From Caedibacter taeniospiralis (lineage in GTDB: Bacteria > Pseudomonadota > Gammaproteobacteria > Francisellales > Francisellaceae), in assembly GCF_002803295.2 (NCBI RefSeq), contig NZ_PGGB02000002.1, positions 37,252-63,748 of the forward strand: a DNA stretch of 26,497 nt, written 5' to 3'. The notes below the pieces were generated by a model, which was not told where the DNA came from, did not search any database, and saw only the letters and a program-made list of their open reading frames with translations. The position numbers and the translations under genes are program-made. Of this stretch, positions 15,912-25,249 are shown one piece after another; positions within the stretch are counted from its first letter, which is position 1, and each line of letters starts with the position of its first letter.

Positions 15912-16819
15912 TATTTTTCTCCAGGACCTGGTTTTTTTGGCAACTTGCCTCGTATGAGCATCGAAGGGTTTTGATTCATCTTTTTGAATAGCTCAGAAAG
16001 TTGAGCTGACGTTTGGTTAAGGCTGTCCAATGTCTGGGTAATCTGGGGTAGCAGAATATTATTAACGCCCTGCAGAGTTTGATTGTTGAAGCTTGTAAGC
16101 GTTTTACTCACATCTTCCGAGGCTTTGGCAACTGCTTTTGCGCCATGATTAACATTATCCGCAATTTGATTAAGCTGTTGAGAGCTTGTAGCTGCATTTT
16201 TAAGAATAATGTTTAAAGACTCAATACTTTGGTAAATATTTTGGCTGCTGGTTGCTAAAGCATTAGAAATATCTTCGACATTAGCCACAATGTGGTTGAT
16301 TTTTTGAACATTGTCATCACTGATAATCCTGGCAACACGTGTTGATATTTGGGAGACCTGTTCCGCTACGGTACTCATTTGATTAACAATATCCGTCAAA
16401 AAGGAAGGTTTGGTATTGACGACAGGGTAGGGTGGAGAGATGGCAGGCTTAACAAGAAACTTGGTCAGCTCTTTTGATAAAGACAAAGTAATAAACACCT
16501 GTCCTGTAATTCCCTGGGGGACTAAGCTTGCATAAGTCGTGTTGTAAATGGGAATGCCCTGTTGGATTTGCATCACGACAATCACAATGCTTGGATTTTC
16601 TTTATCAATACTGATGCTTTTCACTTTGCCGACATTTACACCATTGTAGTTAATCGCAGCATTAACATTTAGTCCTGTAACTGATTCATTAAAGCGTGCA
16701 ATATAGGTGTCATACTTTACATCTTTTAATCCAAATGCAAGCCAAAATCCAATAAAAATCATTGAGGTCGTGGTGATAATGATAAACAAACCTGCAACAA
16801 AATAACGATTGTTTTTCAT
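15911..16819 (-). CDS. MlaD/MCE-family substrate-binding protein
   Basis: It has an N-terminal TM helix (YFVAGLFIIITTTSMIFIGFWLAF) and an MCE core (GLNVNAAINYNGVNVGKVKSISID), followed by a long helical C-terminus. An ATGA overlap links it to the upstream ATPase gene. Confidence 0.85.
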   Translation of the reverse strand: MKNNRYFVAGLFIIITTTSMIFIGFWLAFGLKDVKYDTYIARFNESVTGLNVNAAINYNGVNVGKVKSISIDKENPSIVIVVMQIQQGIPIYNTTYASLVPQGITGQVFITLSLSKELTKFLVKPAISPPYPVVNTKPSFLTDIVNQMSTVAEQVSQISTRVARIISDDNVQKINHIVANVEDISNALATSSQNIYQSIESLNIILKNAATSSQQLNQIADNVNHGAKAVAKASEDVSKTLTSFNNQTLQGVNNILLPQITQTLDSLNQTSAQLSELFKKMNQNPSMLIRGKLPKKPGPGEK

Positions 16820-17619
16820 GGCTGTGATCCTAGTGTTAGTTTGATATCCTTATTGGTTTTTCCACCATTAAAGAAATCATTTAAGTTTTTGTGTTGTGTC
16901 ATTTTAGCCGCATTTTTGACGTTGTCGTGAATAAGCACTCGCTTATCATCAAGGTAAACAACTTCATCAACTATTCGCCAAATACTCTCTAGATCATGGG
17001 TTATCATGATTATTGAGAGATTTAAGTCATGCTTTAGCCTTAGTATGAGCTGATCTAGTGCATAACCTGAATGGGGATCAAGCCCTGCGGATGGCTCATC
17101 TAAAAATATAATCTCAGGATCAAGAGCCAATGTGCGAGCAAGCGCTACACGCTTAAGCATGCCACCGCTTAACTGAGAAGGATATTTATGGTAGGCATCT
17201 TCCTTAAGACCAACCATTTTAAGCTTTAAGCGAGCAATGTCGATCACAACATCGCGACTAAAGCGGGTATATTCCTGCAGGGGAAACATGACGTTTTCAA
17301 GTGCGGTTAATGCACTAAAAAGCGCACCACCTTGAAACATCATCCCCATTTGGCTGGCAAATTGCCGACGTTTTACTTCATCATCACATAGATCAGAAAT
17401 CTTTTGCCCTAGTAAGTAAATTTCGCCTTCAGTCACGGGTTGCAGCATTAAGATTTCATGGATTAAGGTGGTTTTTCCAGAACCACTTCCACCAATAATT
17501 GCAGTAATCAGATGTGGGTAAATTGTAAGGTTGAGATCTTTATGCACCCAGACACCATCAAAACAGGTGCCCAAGTCTTTTATGTCGATGATTGGCTGTC
17601 TATCAGCGATCTCTGGCAT
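16816..17619 (-). CDS. ABC transporter ATP-binding protein, MlaF-like
   Basis: Motifs are Walker A GGSGSGKTT, signature LSGGMLKRVALAR, Walker B IIFLDEPSAGLD and H-loop MITHDL. I prefer the ATG at 17619 (MPEIADRQPIIDIKDL) over the track start at 17676, which overlaps the permease gene. Confidence 0.9.
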   Translation of the reverse strand: MPEIADRQPIIDIKDLGTCFDGVWVHKDLNLTIYPHLITAIIGGSGSGKTTLIHEILMLQPVTEGEIYLLGQKISDLCDDEVKRRQFASQMGMMFQGGALFSALTALENVMFPLQEYTRFSRDVVIDIARLKLKMVGLKEDAYHKYPSQLSGGMLKRVALARTLALDPEIIFLDEPSAGLDPHSGYALDQLILRLKHDLNLSIIMITHDLESIWRIVDEVVYLDDKRVLIHDNVKNAAKMTQHKNLNDFFNGGKTNKDIKLTLGSQP

Positions 17620-17636
17620 GTTAAACCCCGATTGCG

Positions 17637-18725
17637 CTAAATAATATTGAGAATAAGGCATCTGCGACAATAACAAGGAAAAAGGAAAATTGAGTAAACA
17701 ACGCTTTTTGTCGTCTCTTGACCAATGCTTAAAGAATTATTTTTTACAACCGTGCCTCGATAACAGCCCACGGTGCCGATGATTATGGCAAAAAAAGGAG
17801 CCTTGATTAAGCCTGTGAAATAGTTGTTAAAAGATATAGCTGTAGAAAAGCGTTGCAAAAAATCGAAGAAGCTGATGCCAAGGGAGGCTTTAGCCATGAG
17901 CATGCCCCCAATGCAGCTGATGATATCAGCAACCACAATAAGAAGTGGCAGAGAAATCATCATGCCAATAATGCGTGGTAAAATAAGGCGCTTAATCGGG
18001 CTTATGCCAAATGTTCTAAGCGCATCGATTTCTTGTTGGACTTTCATCGAGCCAAGTTCAGCTGCGTAAGATGATGCGGATCTTCCCGCAACGATAATCG
18101 CCGTAATCAAAGGAGCAAATTCACGTAATAAGGAAATGCCCAACAAGTCGACGACAAAAATATTGGCGCCATAGATTTTAAGCTGGGAGCCGATCTGGTA
18201 ACAAAGCACAATGCCGATGAGAAAGCAAAGAAGTGATACAATAGGAACAGCTTTCGCGCCAGTTTGAATGATGATGTCGAGTAAAAGGCGCCATTTAGTT
18301 GCAAACGGGGTACGAATGACTTGCAGGTAGCTCATGACGGTGGCACCTATAAAGGCAATAAGGTTCTTACTGTCTTTGATGTAATTTGTTGTTTGTTCAC
18401 CAATTTGATAAACCTTCTCGTAAGTATTTAAAGGCTGTAAACGGCTATCATAGGAGGTATAGTTCTTATGAATCAGATCAATAAGGTTTTGTTGTATCTT
18501 TGTTGCCACAATGGTGGTATTTGGAAACAGCTGTTGGATTTTATAGATGAAATAAGCGCCAGAAGTATCAAGTTTTCCAACCTTCTCTACATCAATCTTC
18601 ATGATTTTTTGCTTAATATTTTTGATCTTGGCAAGTATCCTTTGGTCAATGGTTTGCCAACACCACTGCCCTGTTAAGGCTAAGATATTGTCAACAACGT
18701 GAAACTGAGCTTGATGGTTGGGCAT
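17637..18725 (-). CDS. MlaE-family ABC permease fused to an N-terminal STAS/MlaB-like domain; probable 1-nt frameshift near the 3' end
   Basis: The polytopic C-terminal half is typical of MlaE (LLREFAPLITAIIVAGRSASSYAAELGSMKVQQEIDAL). The likely start is ATG 18725 (MPNHQAQFHVVD); the track start at 18848 adds an implausible leader. The last 16 aa (FPCYCRRCLILNII) look out of frame; see findings. Confidence 0.85.
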   Translation of the reverse strand: MPNHQAQFHVVDNILALTGQWCWQTIDQRILAKIKNIKQKIMKIDVEKVGKLDTSGAYFIYKIQQLFPNTTIVATKIQQNLIDLIHKNYTSYDSRLQPLNTYEKVYQIGEQTTNYIKDSKNLIAFIGATVMSYLQVIRTPFATKWRLLLDIIIQTGAKAVPIVSLLCFLIGIVLCYQIGSQLKIYGANIFVVDLLGISLLREFAPLITAIIVAGRSASSYAAELGSMKVQQEIDALRTFGISPIKRLILPRIIGMMISLPLLIVVADIISCIGGMLMAKASLGISFFDFLQRFSTAISFNNYFTGLIKAPFFAIIIGTVGCYRGTVVKNNSLSIGQETTKSVVYSIFLFPCYCRRCLILNII

Positions 18726-18926
18726 GGAGACTTTTTCATTTTCATTATTTTTTTCATCCTTGATGACAAAATAGCGAACAACCCCACCGAAGTATAGTGG
18801 GTTACCACCAAATTCTTGGAGGCGGTTATGGCTTTTACACGTAAACATGCGATTAACTTTTGATTAATACCTGCATATAACGCACAATAGCAGCGTTTAA
18901 AATAAAATGAAAAGCTGTCAAAGTCT

Positions 18927-19607
18927 ATGTTGGTAAAAAAGAAAATACAAGAGCAGACTAAGTCTGCTCAGGTCTTATATTCCAGGCGTGAAGAATGGTT
19001 AAATACACTGACCCATTTCGTCGGCGCTATGTTTAGCATTGCTGCGTTGATTATGCTGATCATGAAAGCCGTTGGTACAGGGCTTGTGACGAATGTGGTT
19101 GCGGTAACAGTTTTTGGAGTGACGCTGATATCGATGTATGGCGCCTCAAGTCTTTATCATGGGGTTTCTAACCTGAAAGCGAAAAAAATATTGCGTAAAA
19201 TTGATCACCTGAATATCTACTTTTTAATTGCGGGAACTTATACGCCCATCGCACTTATTGCCCTGTCTGGTGTTTATGGATGGATTATTTTCACGCTGCT
19301 TTGGAGTGCAGCATTAGCAGGATTGGTTTATAAAATCCTGTTTTTTGGTGATGGTTGGTTATCAACGACTTTATACGTCATCATGGGTTGGGTAGCAATT
19401 GGTTTTATTGTTCAGATTATTAATGCTTTACCTGGCGCCTGTTTAATGTGGATTGTTTTGGGTGGTGTCCTGTACACCAGTGGTGTGATTTTTTACATGC
19501 TGGATGAAAAAATCGAGTTTTGCCATTTCTTGTGGCATCTTTTTGTTTTAGCGGGCAGTATGGCTCATTTTTTTGCCATCTATATTTACATTGCAGCTAT
19601 GCGTTAA
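18927..19607 (+). CDS. trhA: PAQR/hemolysin-III family membrane protein (TrhA-like)
   Basis: It has seven predicted TM segments and conserved motifs SSLYHG, DHLNIYFLIAGTYTP and HLFVLAGSMAHFF. Length is 226 aa. Confidence 0.9.
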   Translation: MLVKKKIQEQTKSAQVLYSRREEWLNTLTHFVGAMFSIAALIMLIMKAVGTGLVTNVVAVTVFGVTLISMYGASSLYHGVSNLKAKKILRKIDHLNIYFLIAGTYTPIALIALSGVYGWIIFTLLWSAALAGLVYKILFFGDGWLSTTLYVIMGWVAIGFIVQIINALPGACLMWIVLGGVLYTSGVIFYMLDEKIEFCHFLWHLFVLAGSMAHFFAIYIYIAAMR

Positions 19608-19672
19608 TCTGCCTTGGCGATGAGAGAAAGCGTGTTTTTTAGTATCAAATTAACCTAAATCAATCAACTAAA

Positions 19673-20365
19673 ATGAGCAAAAAAACAGAAAACCATGCGA
19701 TTAGTGCAATGATATTGGCTGCGGGACGTGGACGCAGAATGGGGGATATGACAAATAAGATTCCCAAACCACTCGTAAAAGTGAACGGCAAAGCACTCAT
19801 TGAATGGCAAATAGAGCGGTTGGTGAGTGCGGGGGTAAGTAACCTTGTTATCAATGTTGCCTATCTTGCTGATTTAATTGTCAGTGAAGTCGGCTTTGGT
19901 GAGCGTTGGGGAATTCATATTTGCTATCTGTATGAGCCTTTGGATGAGTATGATACAGGCGGCGGTGTTAAAAGAGCCATTCCCTGGTTGAGTGACCCTT
20001 TTGTTGTTGTGAATGCCGATGTGATGACGGATTATGATTTTTCCCATATTATGCGCTACAGTCAGCAAATGTCGGCGCTTGCACATTTGGTGCTGGTTCC
20101 CAACCCTAAGCACAATTTAGCAGGTGATTTTAGCTTAAATAGTGCGGGTACAATTATCAATAAAGTCAACCAGAGTTATACCTATACAGGGATTAGTGCT
20201 TATAAAAAAGCGCTATTTAACAAGGTATCAACAGGCACAAAAGTATCCCTGCCAGGTATTTGGCAACCTTTTATTGAACAACAGTGTATAACAGGCGAAA
20301 TTTTTCACGCCAACTGGTGTGATGTCGGTACCCCTGAGCGTTGGCAGGCAGTAAATGGGAAATGA
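19673..20365 (+). CDS. murU: Nucleotidyltransferase, N-acetylmuramate alpha-1-phosphate uridylyltransferase (MurU)-like
   Basis: It is collinear with Pseudomonas MurU as I remember it. Matching segments are AMILAAGRGRRM...PKPLV, LAHLVLVPNPKHNLAGDF, YTGISAY and WCDVGTPERW. Length is 230 aa. Confidence 0.75.
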   Translation: MSKKTENHAISAMILAAGRGRRMGDMTNKIPKPLVKVNGKALIEWQIERLVSAGVSNLVINVAYLADLIVSEVGFGERWGIHICYLYEPLDEYDTGGGVKRAIPWLSDPFVVVNADVMTDYDFSHIMRYSQQMSALAHLVLVPNPKHNLAGDFSLNSAGTIINKVNQSYTYTGISAYKKALFNKVSTGTKVSLPGIWQPFIEQQCITGEIFHANWCDVGTPERWQAVNGK

Positions 20366-20395
20366 AAAGTAACGATAAAAGAAAATATTCGATGG

Positions 20396-20424
20396 TTTCA
20401 TTTGGAAGGCTCTTCAGGTAGAAT
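20396..20424 (+). promoter_or_regulatory. Candidate sigma-70 promoter for the ABC pair
   Basis: TTTCAT (20396-20401), a 17-nt spacer, then TAGAAT (20419-20424), 34 nt upstream of the ATG at 20458. This is a consensus match only. Confidence 0.25.
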
Positions 20425-20457
20425 CTCACGCCATGAAGATATCCCCTGAATCTTGCA

Positions 20458-22260
20458 ATGGAAAAGTCATTCTATAATATCCCTGCCACGCGGTTATTGC
20501 CCAGTAGATGGGATCTTTTTTCTTTATTTCTTGTGCTGTCTATAGTTTTTGTGGTGGCCTGGGTTTGCAGTTCTTTGGGTGGGGTAGTTGATTACCGAAG
20601 TTCACAAAGTGTTGCACAGTATCAGCATATTTCCATGGACTTATGGAATTTGCCTGGATATGCAGCCAATACGACGGTGCGAATGTTTATGGCACTTTTA
20701 TGTTCGTTTATTTTTAGCTTTGCCATTGGCGCCTGGGCTGCCAAAAGCAGACGGGCTGAGAGCATCATTATCCCAATCATTGATATTTTGCAGTCGATTC
20801 CCATTCTGGGTTTTCTGGCAATTACAGTTACGGGTTTTTTAGCTATTTTTCCCTACTCATTGTGGGGTGCGCAATTAGCCGTTACTTTTGGACTCTTCAC
20901 GGCACAAGCATGGAATATGATGTTGAGTTTTTATCAATCACTGAAAACGATTCCTAAAGAATTGCGCGAAGCTGCCGATATGTATCAGCTATCTGGTTGG
21001 CAGCGTTTTTGGAAACTGGAGGTCCCTTTTTCAATGCCAGGACTCATCTGGAATACGATGATGTCAATGTCCGCAAGTTGGTTTATGGTCGTGGCTTCTG
21101 AAAGCATTGTCGTGAATTTTTCAGCAAGTACATCAGGCGCAATCAACTTGCCAGGAATAGGCACGTTTATTGACCAGGCTAATAATGATAGGAACTTCAC
21201 TGCCGTGATTGCAGCGATTATCGTCATGTTATTGGTTATCGTTCTTTATGATCAGTTGATTTTCAGACCGATTGTTAAATGGTCAGAGAAGTTCGTGGTC
21301 AGTGAAATGCAGCAGGAGACAGGATCAAACTCATGGTTTTTAAAACTCCTGCAACGCTCAACGATCTTGCAAAGCTTTAGTTATTTTATGACGTTGCAAG
21401 CCAATCGACTCGTCAATATCTCCTGGTTTAAAAAGGATCTTGATAAAAGTTATAATCAGGCTGTGCATCAAAAAATTGGCAAGGGAGACTCACGTTTGCA
21501 GGCAGCGATTTGGCAGTTGTGCGTTGTGATGAGCATTGCTTTGTTTTTGTATTTGGCATGGCGATTTATTTACGTCAATACACAGGAACCCATTACCTTT
21601 CAGGAAACAGCTAAAGTATTTGGTTATGGTGTATTAACTGCACTGCGTGTATTTGTGATCATCGTCATTGCTTCAATGATTTGGGTTCCTGTGGGTATCT
21701 GGATTGGCCTTCGCCCTGCCGTGGCTGAAAGAGTCCAGCCATACGCGCAGATTTTTGCCGCTTTTCCTGTCAACGTACTTTACGGATTGCTTGGAACAGT
21801 TGTGATTGCCTTTAATCTAAATTTTAATATCTGGTGTATCGTGCTCATGGCATTGGGAACTCAGTGGTATATCGTATTTAATGTAATCGCTGGCGCTTCA
21901 GCAATTCCGCATGAGTTGAAGATGGCAGCTAAGAACATGCAACTAAAAGGCATGGTCAAATGGTTTAAGTTTTTATTTCCAGCGGTTATGCCATTTTATG
22001 TTACAGGAGCCATAACCGCAGCAGGCGGAGCCTGGAACGCAAGCATTGTCTGTGAATATATTAACTGGGGTAAAGACTCCGTGATTATGGCTTCTGGCAT
22101 TGGAGCATATATTTCACAGCAATATAATGCGCCAGGTGATCACACTGCCAATATCGCGCTTGGTGTGGCGGTGATGTGTATTCTGGTGGTACTGACTAAT
22201 AAGCTATTTTGGCGGAGATTGTATAACTACGCTGAAAAGCGTTTTAGCATGAATATGTAA
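20458..22260 (+). CDS. ABC transporter permease, fused double BPD-type (NitT/TauT-like) transmembrane protein
   Basis: The 600-aa polytopic protein has two permease halves; EAA-like loops lie near ELREAADMYQLSGWQRFWKLEVP and HELKMAAKNMQLKGMVKWFKFLFP. Confidence 0.85.
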   Translation: MEKSFYNIPATRLLPSRWDLFSLFLVLSIVFVVAWVCSSLGGVVDYRSSQSVAQYQHISMDLWNLPGYAANTTVRMFMALLCSFIFSFAIGAWAAKSRRAESIIIPIIDILQSIPILGFLAITVTGFLAIFPYSLWGAQLAVTFGLFTAQAWNMMLSFYQSLKTIPKELREAADMYQLSGWQRFWKLEVPFSMPGLIWNTMMSMSASWFMVVASESIVVNFSASTSGAINLPGIGTFIDQANNDRNFTAVIAAIIVMLLVIVLYDQLIFRPIVKWSEKFVVSEMQQETGSNSWFLKLLQRSTILQSFSYFMTLQANRLVNISWFKKDLDKSYNQAVHQKIGKGDSRLQAAIWQLCVVMSIALFLYLAWRFIYVNTQEPITFQETAKVFGYGVLTALRVFVIIVIASMIWVPVGIWIGLRPAVAERVQPYAQIFAAFPVNVLYGLLGTVVIAFNLNFNIWCIVLMALGTQWYIVFNVIAGASAIPHELKMAAKNMQLKGMVKWFKFLFPAVMPFYVTGAITAAGGAWNASIVCEYINWGKDSVIMASGIGAYISQQYNAPGDHTANIALGVAVMCILVVLTNKLFWRRLYNYAEKRFSMNM

Positions 22261-22293
22261 CTGAGTTTACATACTTGAAGGTGAAAAAATAAT

Positions 22294-23628
22294 ATGGCAA
22301 TTGAAATAATCCATGGCACAAAGCAAATGGCAGCAAAAACAATTTTAAATGTTAATAAAGTTTCCAAAGCATTTAAAAAATCGGATAGGCAGGACCTGAT
22401 TGTTTTGGATCACGTTGATTTTACGATGAAAGAAGGGGAAATTGTTGCCCTTCTGGGTAAATCAGGTTCGGGCAAGTCAACCCTGCTTAGAATCATTGCA
22501 GGACTGACGGCACCTACTACTGGTGAGGTTATTTATCGCGAAAAGAAGGTTTCAGGCCCAGTGCCTGACATCTCGATGGTTTTTCAAAGTTTCGCTTTGA
22601 TGCCATGGTTGACCGTTTTACAGAATGTAGAGCTTGGGCTTGAGGCGAGAAACATAAGGGCTCAAGAACGTAAGGAAAAAGCGTTAAAGGCAATTGATAT
22701 GATTGGCTTGGATGGTTTTGAAAATGCTTATCCAAAGGAGCTTTCAGGAGGCATGCGTCAACGGGTTGGTTTTGCTCGCGCGTTAGTGCTACAGCCTGAT
22801 TTATTGCTGATGGATGAGCCTTTCTCAGCGCTTGATGTCTTGACAGCCGAAAACTTACGCGAAGATTTGCTTAAGTTATGGGAAAAAAACGATGCGATGA
22901 AAGGCATTTTATATGTTACCCATAATATTGAAGAAGCGGTTTTAACGGCAGATAGAATTATCATTTTTGGCAGTAACCCTGGATTTATTCGTGGTGAGCT
23001 AAAAGTTGATTTAGCCCATCCTAGAAACTCAAATGATGAAGCGGTTGAAGATTTAATCGATGAAGTTTATCGCATGATGACGACAGCTGAAACACGAGAG
23101 TTAAGCGAGCGGATGAATAAGCGTAAAGCGCTTAATATTGGCTACCGTTTGCCAGATGCTGAAGTATCAGAGCTAACGGGTTTATTAACAGAAATGGACG
23201 ATCTTCAGGCAAAAGGTTCGATTGACCTGCCTGATTTGGCGGATCATGTACGCTTGGATATTGATGATTTATTTCCGATTATTGAAACATTATCCGTGCT
23301 TCATCTGGCAAGTGTTTTAGATGGTGATATTTTGATGACGGCTTTAGGTAAACAGTTTATGAATGCCGATATCGAAGAACGTAAGATTATTTTCTCCAAA
23401 CTACTGGTGCAACATATCCCACTGGCTCGTCACGTGGTGAAAGTACTGAAGGAGCGACCAAATAAAAAAGCGCCTGAATCACGCTTCTTATCTGAGTTGG
23501 AGGATCACCTAAGCGATGATGAGGCTCAGCGCGTGTTCAGTACTTTTATTGGCTGGGCGCGTTATGCCGAAATTATTGAATACGATGCAGCAACAGGGAT
23601 TTTAAGTTTAGATGAAACGAATACTTAG
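22294..23628 (+). CDS. ABC transporter ATP-binding protein (nitrate/sulfonate/bicarbonate type) with a ~190-aa C-terminal accessory domain
   Basis: Motifs are Walker A GKSGSGKST, signature LSGGMRQRVGFARAL, Walker B LLLMDEPFSALD and H-loop YVTHNIEEA. An SD aaggtg is upstream. The gene ends in TAG. Confidence 0.9.
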   Translation: MAIEIIHGTKQMAAKTILNVNKVSKAFKKSDRQDLIVLDHVDFTMKEGEIVALLGKSGSGKSTLLRIIAGLTAPTTGEVIYREKKVSGPVPDISMVFQSFALMPWLTVLQNVELGLEARNIRAQERKEKALKAIDMIGLDGFENAYPKELSGGMRQRVGFARALVLQPDLLLMDEPFSALDVLTAENLREDLLKLWEKNDAMKGILYVTHNIEEAVLTADRIIIFGSNPGFIRGELKVDLAHPRNSNDEAVEDLIDEVYRMMTTAETRELSERMNKRKALNIGYRLPDAEVSELTGLLTEMDDLQAKGSIDLPDLADHVRLDIDDLFPIIETLSVLHLASVLDGDILMTALGKQFMNADIEERKIIFSKLLVQHIPLARHVVKVLKERPNKKAPESRFLSELEDHLSDDEAQRVFSTFIGWARYAEIIEYDAATGILSLDETNT

Positions 23629-23684
23629 TGTTTTCAGTGAGTAATGTGGAAAACCTGGGTTTGCCAGAATTTTTGTCCATTTTT

Positions 23685-23746
23685 ACCTGACCACTACCCC
23701 CATTCTTGAGACTGGTCGCTATATTGTAAGGGTTAGTGGTTCAGGT
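23685..23746. repeat. Long imperfect inverted repeat at a convergent gene junction (possible terminator)
   Basis: The arms are acctgaccactaccc (23685-23699) and gggttagtggttcaggt (23730-23746), with a ~30 nt loop, followed by ttattt. The motif cctgaccact recurs at 26488-26497. Confidence 0.35.
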
Positions 23747-23760
23747 TTATTTGAATAAAC

Positions 23761-23791
23761 GTAGGGGTGTATTGAATACGCCCTTGGGGGC
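23761..23791 (+). repeat. REP-like palindromic unit with a GTAG head
   Basis: The sequence is GTAGGGGTGTATTgAATACGCCCTTGGGGGC, with the stem ggtgtatt/aatacgcc carrying one G-T pair. It has the same head (GTAGGG.TGT), tail (TGGGGGC) and length class as the minus strand of 7772-7800. Confidence 0.5.
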
Positions 23792-23817
23792 AAAATATGG
23801 TCAACACCGAAAGTCTG

Positions 23818-25137
23818 CTAAAGAACCTTTAATGAATTAAGCATAATCAAAAAGCAGCATAGTGTGATAATCACAGGCATTGGTTTTAATTGGGTTCTAT
23901 CCTTGATAAGAACAATGATAAACCAGCTGATCATACCCCAAACAATGCCCTCAGATATCGAAAGTGTCAGCGGCATTAAGATAATGGTCATAAAAGCAGG
24001 AACCACTTGTGAGAGATCATCCCAGTGAATTTGTTTGACCGAGCATAGCATAAAACTACCAACAATAACGAGGGCAGGTGCCACTACAAACATAGGTACC
24101 ATCATTACCAGAGGTGCTAAAAATAAAAAAGGTAAAAATAGTAAACCTGCGACAACTGCAACGAGCCCCGTGCGTCCACCAACGGAGATCCCCGTAATTG
24201 ATTCCACGTATACCGAGGTTGGCGAGCTGCCTAAAAGACCTGATGATGCTGATGCGAAAGAGTCGACAATTAATGACTTCTTAATACGAATTGGCTGACC
24301 ATCTTTATCAAACCAGTTTGAGGCTTGTGCCAGGCCAATCAGCGTGCCTGTGCTGTCAAAAATGTTAATAAATAGAAAGGTAAATATGGCTGGAATAATC
24401 GCAATTTTAAAGCTTCCCAACCAATCTATTGAGAAGAAAAGCGAAAAATCGGGTGGTGAGAATATATGTGTTGGCGTGTGCATGATAATTTCATCTCCAA
24501 ATAAGCGACCCACTGGAAAAGAAAGTACACAGCCTACAATAATCATCAGTAAAATAGCGGCTTTAAAGCGAAAGGCAAGGAAGATGATCAGGGCAAAAAA
24601 ACAGATCAAAAATATCAAGGTTTCTGCGGTCAAAGGTGCAATTTCCAAGAGCCCTGAAGGCGCTTGATGAATGAAACCTGCATTATAAAAACCAACCAAA
24701 GCAATGAAAATTCCGATACCTGCACCGAGTCCATGCTTAATGCCATCAGGAATTCCCGCAAGAATTTTAGTACGAATGTTAAAAAGGGCCAAAAGTGCAA
24801 AAATAATCCCTGACCAGAATGCCGCACCCAGTGCCACCTCCCATGGAATTCCCCAGGCTTTGACGATGGTATAAGTAAAAAATACATTCATCCCCATAGC
24901 AGGGGCAAGTGCGTAGGGGTTTCTGGCATAAAGACCCATGGCAATGGAAGCAAAGGCTGAAATGATCACAGTACTTGTTACCAGTGCGTTTTCAGGCATC
25001 CCTGCTTGAGAAAGGATTTTGGCGTTCACCACGATGATATAGAGCATTGCAAGAAAGGTAGTGATGCCTGCAATAAGCTCGGTGCGTAGGGTGGTGTTAT
25101 ATTTTGCAAATTCAAAATAATGAGATAAAAAATTCAT
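23818..25137 (-). CDS. NCS2-family purine permease, AzgA-type (adenine/guanine/hypoxanthine)
   Basis: The N-terminus FEFAKYNTTLRTELIAGITTFLAMLYIIVVNAKIL is typical of the AzgA/PurP/GhxP subfamily. It is a 439-aa polytopic protein and ends in TAG. Confidence 0.9.
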   Translation of the reverse strand: MNFLSHYFEFAKYNTTLRTELIAGITTFLAMLYIIVVNAKILSQAGMPENALVTSTVIISAFASIAMGLYARNPYALAPAMGMNVFFTYTIVKAWGIPWEVALGAAFWSGIIFALLALFNIRTKILAGIPDGIKHGLGAGIGIFIALVGFYNAGFIHQAPSGLLEIAPLTAETLIFLICFFALIIFLAFRFKAAILLMIIVGCVLSFPVGRLFGDEIIMHTPTHIFSPPDFSLFFSIDWLGSFKIAIIPAIFTFLFINIFDSTGTLIGLAQASNWFDKDGQPIRIKKSLIVDSFASASSGLLGSSPTSVYVESITGISVGGRTGLVAVVAGLLFLPFLFLAPLVMMVPMFVVAPALVIVGSFMLCSVKQIHWDDLSQVVPAFMTIILMPLTLSISEGIVWGMISWFIIVLIKDRTQLKPMPVIITLCCFLIMLNSLKVL

Positions 25138-25173
25138 GGTCGATGAGTAAGTCAGCTAGTCTTCAAGCGCGCT

Positions 25174-25182
25174 ATTGTAACA
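25174..25182 (-). promoter_or_regulatory. Candidate extended -10 element (TGTTACAAT) upstream of the purine permease
   Basis: The minus strand reads tgttacaat about 37 nt upstream of the ATG at 25137. The -35 is poor. This is a consensus match only. Confidence 0.25.
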
Positions 25183-25249
25183 TGAAATATAAAACATACC
25201 ACGATCAGATTGCATGCTTAGGGAATGAGATTTTTAAAATTTACCTTAG

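Noticed and set aside
25138-25249. A purine riboswitch upstream of the AzgA-type permease
   Set aside because: The leader has no conserved purine-riboswitch core (no three-way junction with the UAUAAU...CCGUAAAU-like segments), and it is only about 30-110 nt of AT-rich sequence.
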